64,000 bases of DNA, from positions 64,001-128,000 of IMG/VR virus record IMGVR_UViG_3300028591_000005; one strand, given 5' to 3'. Of this stretch, positions 39,568 through 49,700 are shown piece after piece. Source of the DNA: a virus (Duplodnaviria > Caudoviricetes). How positions within the stretch are numbered: position 1 is the first letter of the stretch; every line of letters begins with the position of its first letter. A program made the position numbers and the translations under genes. The notes under the pieces are model-generated. The model had not been told where the DNA came from. It worked only from the letters and a program-made list of their open reading frames with translations, and made no database searches.

Positions 39568-42500
39568 TATCTATATCCTCCTCAATATAACATTCATTTT
39601 CAAGGTCAACTTTTCTGATAGTGGTTTCACCATAGGCTTCACCGCCTGCTCCATCTTCCATAAGGTTATACAAATATTCTCGTCTATCCTTATCAGTAAT
39701 GGGTTCAGAATATCCTGCTTCTATCATCTCTTCATCATCAAATTCAATAGTTCTATAAATAACGTGTTCGATTTCATAAGTATTAAACATATTATACACC
39801 CCTTCCAGTCATATCATTCATTACTTTACAAACTCTATCAACAAGTTCTGTTACTTGTTCTTCTGGCAATTTCTTCCATTTATTGCACCAGTCAATCTTA
39901 TCACAAATCCAATAAATATCATGTTCATGCCAGGGTTTGCCTTCTTCATACGATTTAAGACTTCTATTTATTTCAGCATAAAAATCTTTCATAAAAATAA
40001 CACCCCTTTCATTTTTCTATAATTATTATATAATAATTTTTTAAAAAAGTCAAAAAAGATGCGGGAGACAGGCTCTCGCATCTTTAATCTAAATTATTCA
40101 TCTTCTTTGCTAGCCTTATCTATTAACCAAAATAAAAAAAGCCAATAAGGAATTTCTATAAATATTATAAAAATACTTGCTTTTATATCATAATTAAAAA
40201 AATTTTTAATTGAATCACACATTGGTATATACAATCCAATAGCTAAAGCAAGAAAAACTTTCCCAATATATCTAAGTATTTTATTCATAAAGTACCTCCT
40301 TAAATTATATGCTCAAAAATAAAAATTAAAATAATAGTAGTAATTATCCAAATACCTAAAGCAAGGAAAAATGCTTGAGAAATCCAATGCCATTTTTCAA
40401 ATTTCCTATCTTCTATAGCGTTTATTAGATTTATTGAAGAATAAATACCCCATATTACTAATAAAGAAGTCATAAAATATTCCATATAATACCTCGCAGG
40501 AATTAGTTTGAAGATTCTTCAGGCTGGTCCGCCGCAATCCATTTATTATAACATTCAATGAAAGCTTCTTTACTTATTACCAATTCATCTTTTATTCCAA
40601 TACATCCTTCATCCGTCCATTTTTGTGTTGTAAGATAAAGGTTATCATCTTCAAATGTAAAATAATATTTACAGTATCTCATAATTTATCACTCTCCTTT
40701 TGTGTAAAGAGAGCAGAGCCAACTTCATTTTTATTTATATCTATTGGTTGTTGCATATTAATTACACATTTAAACCAATTAAGCCATTTTAACGATAATT
40801 CATCTCCATTGGCTTCACAGGCATATTCAATATTTTCTATCAATTTATCTGCATCAATTGCTCTCATTCTGTTTCCTCACTTTCTGTCATGTAACATTCT
40901 ATGAAATTTGCAAGTTTTTTATAACAGTTAGGGCATAAATCAAAACATTCATCACGTTTGCATGAATATTGCCATTTTTTTCTGATTTCAAGTATGTAAT
41001 CATATGTGTGGTCTTTAATGGGATTAAGATTTTTGTCATAACTCTCGTATAGTTTTCCACACCTATCACATTTATATGCACTTGCCATTTATTTATCCTC
41101 ATTTTTTTAATCTGCTTCAATTATAGTTGGACACTCTTCGTCAATCATTTTGTAAACATCACTTGAAGTAAAAGTTTCTTCGATTGTTTGCATATCTGTA
41201 TACAGACCACGCATTAAATTTGTTACATCTTTTAGTACACCATGTCCTTTTGGAAGTGGTGTGCCGTTTATTACTGCATGTTTTACATACGAATCACAGA
41301 TAGATTGCTGATCTGGGGATAACTGAATATTATTTATTAGTGCAAGTCGAATTTCCTCCGGTATCCTAATTACTAACTCTATATTTGTCATTTACTTTTC
41401 CTCACTTTTTGCCTTGTATAGCATCCTGAATTTTCAATTCGTCAGCACAACTCTTGCAGAAAACTCCCTCTTTACCCTCAACCTTGTAAAGAAAACACAT
41501 CCACTGAACATTCCACTTGCCACGTTTCTTACATAAAGTACACTGTCCCTGTCCGTTTCCTCGCGCTTGTGTTATTTTCATGCTTCCTCACTTTCTGCCT
41601 TGTATGGTGAATTTTACTTACTTCATCTGCTCTAATTACAAAGATTTATTATTCCGTCAAGTGCTTCTTTCTTATTTGGATTATTGTTTGTGATTTTATT
41701 TATCGCTCTTATTGTAGATTTGCACCTTGTCAATTTAACGATATTCTGTTGACGATCAAGTATCATCCACTCCGATAAAGCCTTGTATATTTCAATCTCG
41801 ACATTCTCATTATGAATTTCATTTAAAATATCTGATACTGTCATTCCTTATCCTCACTTTCTGCGATAATATAATATCCTTCTGTGGAAGTTTCCACTTC
41901 AAGCACTAATACAAATCCTGCCTTTTCAAGTGCTTTTATTATCTTGCCATAATAGTCTGCTGATTTATCTATAGTTAAATTTGCTAACTTCTTATTCATT
42001 TTCTTCTTCACCTTTTTTATTGTCATTTCTAAAACTTATACAAGCAGGAATAAGCAAAAACCACAAACACCTCATATCATGTGTGTAATATATTGCTATT
42101 CCTATTGCTATTGCCGTTGAACTCCATATAGCTAATATTGATTTCCACATGTTCATTCCTCACCTTTTAGTATACCAATGGCACAACCTATCGTAAAACC
42201 AATTAGAAATGATACAAATATCCCAACAACAAGTAGGTCTGTTATATTCATTTCTTATTCTCCATTTCTGTCTTACTTGTATTATTGTCAAGAATATCCA
42301 AGACCTCGTTCAATGAAAAATGGCGATATGCTCCGCCTAATTCTGGTCCACCTATATAATTTCTAGGGTATGAATTTACAAACTCTGCTTTTATATTATC
42401 AAGTGGAATGCCATTTGCTACTGCAGATAAGATATGTTCTGCATCTAACCAATTAACTCCTGTAGTATTTAATAACTCAAATGTTTCTATAGGAATATTG

Positions 42501-43963
42501 ATAATCAGTTTCATTTTTCTTCACCTCTCATATCTGCTCCACAATTAGGACAAAAACTCCAACCTCTCGCATTTCTTGAAAAAGTCATACCGCAATTAGA
42601 ACATATCGGAACATCAAAAAATGTTTCACCTTCCCAATGCTCCCATGTTCCGTGTATATTCTCTCTCACGTCTGCGGGCGGAATAAACTTTAATTGATTA
42701 TATATATCTATACTGGCATCTTCTGCTCCCTGGTCACAGCAACTTCTTCCATATATTCCTTTTGCACATATTAATGCATCTTCTCTGCTTATATAGTCAC
42801 TCATGCTCTATTGCTCCATTTTCACCATGATAGGGTTCATTTTTTAATCTCTTATTCATCATATATCTTTGAACACCACTCAAATATAATCTGAATTTCT
42901 CACAATAATATTGTTCATACCCTTCATTGAATCCGTCATCTTCTTTGGTATTCATTTTGCTTATATAATCACTCATTCACTCACCAGCTTTCATCCTTGC
43001 TCCGCAATTAGGACAATAGTTAAATCTATATTTTCCTCTTCCAAAAGTGCTGCCAAACTCGCATTTATTACACCTGTAATCTATAATTTCATCACCTTGA
43101 TATATAGGTCTCCACTCTCCCTTTGATATATCAAGTGCTTCAAAATGCTGTTCATTATCATCAATCACATCAGTAAGTGCTTCAGTAAATTCTTTGTTCC
43201 ACGGTGTATATATTACCCCGTTATTTAAGTCTGCTCTTAATCGACACAGCCAATCAATTTGTTCTTCTCTTGTCATTCTTCACTGTCACCACCTTTCTGA
43301 TAAGGTGCATTCCACCAATCGGAAGTAAATTCCGTATAACCGTCAATGGTTGTGATAAACCAACCATCACTGTCAATTCTTACTGTACATTTTGGGAATA
43401 ATGTTTGCATTACTTCTCCATTAGTGGGCTCTTCACCGATTTCTATTTTATCAACAATTAATTCAGCAATTGCTTTTACTAGTTCTGCTCTATTCATTTA
43501 CCTCTCTCCTTACATTTTATAGAAACAGCCATATCCATTTTCTATTTCATTTGTTTCTAAATTTACCCAAGTCCAGAAATTAGATACTCCTCCAAATGTT
43601 CCATAGAACTTACCATCAAGTATTTTTACTGGAGTATATTCTTCTTTATTTTTTCTGATATATACGGTACTTCCAATTTCTGGTGATATTATTCTATTTT
43701 TAAATTCGTGTTCAAATATAACGCTTTCTATTATTGCTTTATTCATTTTCTTTTTCTTCAAATTCGCACACGCCGCAATTATCACAACAAGCGTACCATT
43801 TACCATTTTCTTGCCATTCTACATTATGAATACATTTAGGACAATGTTTTTCATACCATCTATCTGAATGCGGTTCAGGTGGATCTGAAGCAAGTATTTT
43901 AGGATTCCAATTTCTCATATTATTTTTCCTCCGCATCAAAATAAATAGTTTCAAAAGTATCAA
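39560..43963 (-). other. Array of about 20 small hypothetical genes
   Basis: 60-100 aa ORFs with overlapping start/stops; recurrent motifs IDADKL, LVIRIP and CPNCGAxM. Confidence 0.7.
41402..41581 (-). CDS. 59-aa Cys-rich mini-protein flanked by 22-bp direct repeats
   Basis: MKITQARGNGQGQCTLCKKRGKWNVQWMCFLYKVEGKEGVFCKSCADELKIQDAIQGKK; below the ORF-track cutoff. Confidence 0.6.
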   Translation of the reverse strand: MKITQARGNGQGQCTLCKKRGKWNVQWMCFLYKVEGKEGVFCKSCADELKIQDAIQGKK

Positions 43964-44726
43964 GATCTAATAATGCAATTCTATCACTTGAAATAGTACA
44001 CATATCAATGTCAAATTTATGTCCTTCACAATATCTAATTACTTCAGGCTTTGGACAATATTCTGCTACATCACAGTCTTGGAAAAATGCTCTTTTTGCT
44101 TTTATAAAAGCTTCATCTATTGTGATATTCTTTCCATTGTAATTATAGTCATATGTTAAATATTGAACAGGAGTATGACCATGTACAAGATAAGTAATAT
44201 TAGGGTCTAAATCAAGATAAGTTCTTTCACCAAACCATTTATCATCAAAATGCTCTCTATCCCAGAGGGGATTACGTTCATGAGTTTGAACATTAAAAGG
44301 TGAAAATCCAGCATGTTCAAGTATTATATCATGACCTTTAGGTGAATGATAAATAATTTCAGTAGGCATATCATTTATTTTATTAACATACCACATTTTA
44401 CTTTCATCAGACATATGTATCATAGAATCCCAGGTATGAGTTCCGCCATTTCCAAACCATTGTACTTCAAAAAAAGTAGAATATGAGTGATCTACTAAAT
44501 CAACAATAGCGTTAGCCATCATTTCATCATGATTACCTTTAATATAAACTATGCGGGGATCAAGTAATAATTTATTCATTAATTTGATTCCGTAATCACC
44601 ACGATCTTGAGCATCTCCAAGAAAATATAAAGTATCATCAGGTTGTAAATAATCTAATACTTTAAATCCTAATTCAGAACCATGCCAATCAGACGAACAT
44701 AATGTTCTTCCCATAATTAATAACAC
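43920..44726 (-). CDS. Ser/Thr protein phosphatase-like metallophosphoesterase
   Basis: SDWHG, GDAQDRG, GNHD, HAG, LWDR and HGHTP motifs. Confidence 0.85.
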   Translation of the reverse strand: MLLIMGRTLCSSDWHGSELGFKVLDYLQPDDTLYFLGDAQDRGDYGIKLMNKLLLDPRIVYIKGNHDEMMANAIVDLVDHSYSTFFEVQWFGNGGTHTWDSMIHMSDESKMWYVNKINDMPTEIIYHSPKGHDIILEHAGFSPFNVQTHERNPLWDREHFDDKWFGERTYLDLDPNITYLVHGHTPVQYLTYDYNYNGKNITIDEAFIKAKRAFFQDCDVAEYCPKPEVIRYCEGHKFDIDMCTISSDRIALLDLDTFETIYFDAEEK

Positions 44727-44816
44727 TTCCTTTCCTATTATTCTATAATTATTATATAATATTTTTTAAAAAAAGTCAAAAAAAAATAAGCGTACCTATT
44801 TTAGGTACGCTTATAA

Positions 44817-45278
44817 TTAATATTCAGTCACATATTCAAGTGTAAATTTTATATCTGCGGGAACTCTTACTTCAGTAACTATTACATCTGAAGTTTTTAT
44901 AGTTGAATTTTCTTCATTTATATTTTTCCATTCTTCTGGTTGAAATTCATACATACATTCTTTCCCAAGTTTAATTTGTTCATATTGATTATTAATTTTT
45001 AAAATTATTGGATATATAATCCCATTAGGAGAACAACAGTAACCAAGTTTAATAATATTCATTCCAGATATTGCAATTTTATATGGAACTATTTCATCTA
45101 CAAAATGTATATCATATGGCGGATTTGGATTTCGTTCTGGAACTGAAATTGTATAATTTTCTATAATTGGTTTCTCTTGTATATCATAATTAGTAACTTG
45201 TCTTACATTATAATTTTTAGAAGCCATATTATTTACCTCCATATAGCTAAAAAGATGCGGTTTCCGCATCTTCTTCAT
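44817..45278 (-). CDS. Hypothetical protein
   Basis: GGAGG Shine-Dalgarno before the internal MASKN start. Confidence 0.6.
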   Translation of the reverse strand: MKKMRKPHLFSYMEVNNMASKNYNVRQVTNYDIQEKPIIENYTISVPERNPNPPYDIHFVDEIVPYKIAISGMNIIKLGYCCSPNGIIYPIILKINNQYEQIKLGKECMYEFQPEEWKNINEENSTIKTSDVIVTEVRVPADIKFTLEYVTEY

Positions 45279-45450
45279 ACTCTTTTAATTTATCTTTTAT
45301 TTTATTTTCTTCTCTTGTTTTTGAAATTAAGCGATTTGCTTTACACCAATCACAGGTACCATGATTTCTACATGAGCAATCAATAGCTTTACTTCCATAA
45401 TAAGGTTTTCTATGTTCTTTATTATGTTCAATAGCTTTTTCTAATCCCAT
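45247..45450 (-). CDS. Small Cys/His protein
   Basis: True start is probably MGLEKAI at 45450 (GGAGG SD); KEHRKPY..CRNHG.C.WC. Confidence 0.65.
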   Translation of the reverse strand: MGLEKAIEHNKEHRKPYYGSKAIDCSCRNHGTCDWCKANRLISKTREENKIKDKLKEYEEDAETASF

Positions 45451-45466
45451 AGTATACCTCCTTAAA

Positions 45467-45540
45467 AGCAGATTGGAGGATTCGAACCTCCTCATGTCGG
45501 GGTTTCCGCATTTTACCACGTCCGCGCGCAAGACATCCGC
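45467..45540 (-). pseudogene. tRNA-like remnant (T-arm + acceptor-like stem)
   Basis: GGAGG-TTCGAAT-CCTCC T-arm and GCGGAT/ATCTGC stem; no recognisable anticodon arm. Confidence 0.45.
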
Positions 45541-45543
45541 AAG

Positions 45544-45626
45544 AGACTTTGGTGGGATTTGAACCCACGCCCTTTCGGGGAAACGATGTTGCAGACCGCC
45601 GGTTTAAACCACTTACCTACAAAGTC
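45544..45626 (-). tRNA. tRNA-Cys(GCA) with long variable arm
   Basis: GACTTTG/CAAAGTC acceptor, U73, anticodon arm GCGGT-CTGCAAC-ATCGT, 14-nt variable hairpin. Confidence 0.88.
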
Positions 45627-45629
45627 TAA

Positions 45630-45714
45630 GGTGACCGACGGGACTTGAACCCGCATTGAGAATTTCTTCTCGCGGAACCACAATCCGCTGCATAACCAAT
45701 TCTGCCACAGCCAC
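45630..45714 (-). tRNA. tRNA-His(GUG) with long variable arm and no encoded G-1
   Basis: GTGGCTG/CGGTCAC acceptor, C73, anticodon arm GCGGA-TTGTGGT-TCCGC, variable hairpin GAGAA-GAAA-TTCTC. Confidence 0.88.
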
Positions 45715-45716
45715 AG

Positions 45717-45788
45717 TACAGGTACTAGGAATCGAACCTAGATCAAAGCATTAGAAGTGCCCTATTCTCTCCATTAGACTATACCTGC
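45717..45788 (-). tRNA. tRNA-Arg(UCU)
   Basis: Anticodon arm GGGCA-CTTCTAA-TGCTT; canonical T-arm. Confidence 0.9.
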
Positions 45789-45793
45789 ATAAG

Positions 45794-45865
45794 TACTTCC
45801 TAAGGGATTCGAACCCCTATCTTCTGGTTCGTAGCCAGATATTCTCTCCACTAAACTAAGGAAGT
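45794..45865 (-). tRNA. tRNA-Arg(ACG)
   Basis: Anticodon arm TCTGG-CTACGAA-CCAGA. Confidence 0.9.
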
Positions 45866-45956
45866 ATACATGATAGGACTTAAACCCATTTCCGCTTTTG
45901 GCGTCATGTTCGCCTCAACAACTGTTTCATGGGATACAAAGTTGTCAACCCAAAGA

Positions 45957-46028
45957 CACGCTCTCTAGGATTCGAACCCAGACCTCTGATTTTGGAGATC
46001 AGCATGCTACCATTAACACTAAGAACAT
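45957..46028 (-). tRNA. tRNA-Trp(CCA)
   Basis: Anticodon arm CTGAT-CTCCAAA-ATCAG; G73. Confidence 0.9.
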
Positions 46029-46132
46029 ATGCTGCCACCTCAGCCATTCCTGAGACAGCCTGGGGCTTCTGTTTATATACCGCCCAACACCCGGGATCAA
46101 TCGGGATAAAATGGCGCCCGCTCGGCGGTGAA

Positions 46133-46206
46133 CAGGGGTGGCAGGATTCGAACCTGCGTATGACAGCTTCAAAGGCTGCTAGCTTAAGCCACTTGCTGAC
46201 ACCCCT
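46133..46206 (-). tRNA. tRNA-Gln(UUG)
   Basis: Anticodon arm GCAGC-CTTTGAA-GCTGT. Confidence 0.9.
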
Positions 46207-46215
46207 ATAAATAAA

Positions 46216-46288
46216 AGCCGTCGAAGGGAGTTGAACCCATAACCCTCTCATTACAAGTGAGATGCGCTGCCAATTGCGCCACGACGGC
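46216..46288 (-). tRNA. tRNA-Thr(UGU)
   Basis: Anticodon arm TCTCA-CTTGTAA-TGAGA. Confidence 0.9.
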
Positions 46289-46432
46289 AGATATAGGCTT
46301 GGTGTGCTGCTACTACTCGCCAGCTCTTCTGTCATGCTAGCCTCACATGACCTCACAGGACTTTTCGTCTCGTTTCCTGCCATCACCACATTTAATATAG
46401 TCTACTAAATCCATAATAACTATAACCTATAG

Positions 46433-46506
46433 TTGGGGTACAGGGATTCGAACCCTGGACCTCTTGGACCCAAACCAAGCACTCTACCAAACTGAGCCAC
46501 ACCCCA
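46433..46506 (-). tRNA. tRNA-Pro(UGG)
   Basis: Anticodon arm CTTGG-TTTGGGT-CCAAG. Confidence 0.9.
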
Positions 46507-46730
46507 AGATGCACTCCCCATCAAAAGTTTATTAAAGCGACTTATTTTTTAGCCTGATACCGCAGACCATAAACTCTAATAGGAAGTGGCAGATATATTT
46601 TCTCGCTATCCTAAACATTACTGTGGAAAAAAGAATTAACTCGGTATCATTTAATTCTCCTCTAAAGAAAGGCATTAATTATACTTTTGTATTTTAAGAG
46701 CGTTAATGCCTTTCTTTATCTTACATAAAT

Positions 46731-46759
46731 ATTATAACAAAAAATTTTAAAAAAGTCAA
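46731..46759 (-). promoter_or_regulatory. Sigma-A promoter driving tRNA cluster 1
   Basis: TTGACT-17-TATAAT with extended TG. Confidence 0.85.
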
Positions 46760-46770
46760 TTAAGAATTAT

Positions 46771-49700
46771 TTAATTAACTATTTCAACTCTAAAACTAGT
46801 TGCTTCAGTTAAAGCTTCAAATGAAAGAATAACTTTTCCTGAAGATACTGCAATATTAGTAATACTGATCACATTACCGCTACTATTTGAAGAAAATGGA
46901 GTAATAATTGAACTTGTAGTAATAGCTGAATCAGATATTGTACAAGTTGTAGCACCAATAGCACAGCTAACTCCAGAAGTATATTTCTTTGAAACACCAT
47001 TAACTTTAGTAACTGTAAGATTACCTGTAGAAGGATTAAACTTAAGATTACTATTCTTTCTAGCACCTTCTGTTCTAGTTGTATTGTCAGCAGTTACTGA
47101 AAATAAAACTTCATAATCGGCAGATGTAGATGTAGCAGTTTGAGTTACTGCATTATTAGTATTAGTATCAGGTGGTGTCGTGAAAATATATGAACTTCCA
47201 CCCGCAGTAATCTTATACTTAGTATTAGCAGCCATTGTAAGTTGGTTAGTACCACTGTCAGTTGTTATACTAATTCCATGAGTATGATTACCTGCTGCTG
47301 CGGTTGTACTTGTAGTACCAATAGTAAGATTACTCTTATTATTCCAAGTGTATTTTTCTCCAGTAGTAACTAAGGATACATCAGTACCGCCAGATGCTGC
47401 AGCTTTGGAAGAATATGTAGTATCTGTGAACTTAGCATCACTAGGCACTGACTTAGCTATTGTATAGCTACAATTTTGTGTGTGACCATTAGCATCAATA
47501 TAAATAGGAGTGGTTGTTCCTCCTTGTCCTGTTTGAGGAGTTACCACTAAATGTTCCCATGGAGCTGCCCAAGCAGTACCATTAGTAATAGCACTTCCAC
47601 CTCTTGAACGAACCCACCATTGATTTGTGCCTGCTTTATTGCATATCTGAGTAACCCAAGAATTTGAACCATTTGGATCATCACTATAACTAGTATCCCA
47701 ATAATAATGCCAACTGGTTGATTTAGTTGTTCCACTCATTGGATTATCATAATTATTTCCTGGGTCTGTTAAATTCGTCATTCCAGAAGAAGGCCACAAT
47801 CTACCAATATCGTTCATATTACTTTTTCCAGCATTGCCTCTATGAGCGACTATTAAATCACCAGCAGTGGCGGTACCGGCATTTAAATATACATTCTGTC
47901 TAGATGAACCTACATTAGAAGAACCAAGTTTATTAGCAGCGCCTGCATTGCTCACATAACCTATGTCTACACTTGTAGCTGTAGCTGTTGGTGCTGTGCT
48001 TTCTTTTGTAGTACTATTATTTAATGTATAACTTGCCTGTTTGCCACTTGTTGAACTTTCCTCAATAACAGTCCAAGTGTCTCTATAAAATTGAGTTCTT
48101 ATAATATTCTGATAAATTGCCCAGTTATTACCATTAGTATTTACAATAAAATCCCCAAGTGAATAACCTTGTCTAATAAGCCAATTAAACTTCTTAACAG
48201 TTAATGATGTACCATTATCACATCTTAAATCAAATACTAAAATACCAGATTCATAACCTGAAGTATTATGTATTGCAAACATAAGCGATACATTAGAATA
48301 TCCTGTTAATGTGCCACTTACAACTTTATACCAACCAGCACTTGATGCTGCATCTGAACCAACTTGAGATACTTGAGAAGTTATCCTTGAAGTTGTAGCA
48401 TATGGTATTGTTAAATCCGTATTAGTACCATTGAGATTTTTTCGTAAATAATTACCATTTATTGTAATATCACGAATACCAGAATTATAAAATGTTGTAC
48501 CATTTAAACCAACACCATTATTTGCAGAGTATGTGGTATTTGTTGCGGCAATAGTAACAGTACCGCTACTATTACTTAAAGTGATATTAGAACCCGCTTT
48601 AAGATTAAGAGCAGTTGTGTTATTACCTAATACTTCAGTTCCATTAACCTGAATTGGTCTATGTGTATTGGTATCTGCGGTAGGCGGTGTGTATCCAAGA
48701 GCTCCTGTAACATTAGCCTTGGTTAAACTAAATGTCGTTCCAGTTAAAGTGATATTAGAACCGGCACTATAAGTTGTGTTATTATCAGTAAGCTTATCTT
48801 CTGTCCAACTGTCCCATGTACCATTACTACAGTATCGTCTATATGATTTTGATGTGGCAGGATTATATAATATCTGAGTGTAATATGATCCTCCTGCATC
48901 ATGAATAACTTCCATTCCAAAGTTGTCAACTCCAGAAGGTTTATTCGTTACTGTATTTCCGCCTCCGGAAGAATAGAATCCAACCGCGGTAACATTATTA
49001 AGGTTCTGATTTGTAAGGACATTATCTACAGCTTGTCTAGCATTAGAAAGCCTTGAATCGTTTCCCTGGCAAGCTGTTCCAGAAGCTGTTCCATACTTTA
49101 CACTAAGAGTTCCTGAAGTAGTAATGTCACCACCGTCAAGTCCAGTACCTCCAGTTATTTTAGTGACAGTACCAGTATTAGTAGTATACCCTTTATCATT
49201 AGTTAATTCACTAACTTTAGTTGGAACTGTAATATTTGCTGTAGCATTAGTGCTTTGGTTAGCTGTGAATGTTTGTACATTCGTTCCATTCTTCTGAATT
49301 GTTAAAGTAGCATTATTTACAGTAGGAATAGTAGGTTTATTAGTAAGATCATTATAAGAACCACTAAAATTACTAGTTCCTGCACCAATGTTTGCCCTAG
49401 CATTGCTTTTCTCAGTATCACTTAATCCCTGAGAAGCAACTGTAGATACTGCTTTAAAGTTTCCTACATTTCCTAATCCAACATCAGATTTTGTAGTTCC
49501 ATGAGGATTAGTGCCAGATCCTGGATGTGTATATACTGTAGTTTCTGTACCATTAATTTTAATATTACCATTAGTACTACTTGCCGCTACAGCAGTGGCA
49601 TCAGTTCTAGCATGTGCAGATTGCGAATGATCATATGCAATTTTTCCACGGTCTCCACGATATGCGGTAGAGCTTGTCTCGCCAAGCGCAAGGCTAGAAG

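Noticed and set aside
45904-46389. ORF-track ORFs over tRNA islands (45904, 45929, 53739, 53967, 56125, 57303, 57651, 59107, 60253) and most plus-strand ORFs
   Set aside because: They overlap tRNAs or lie antisense to real genes, with no SD or recognisable motif.
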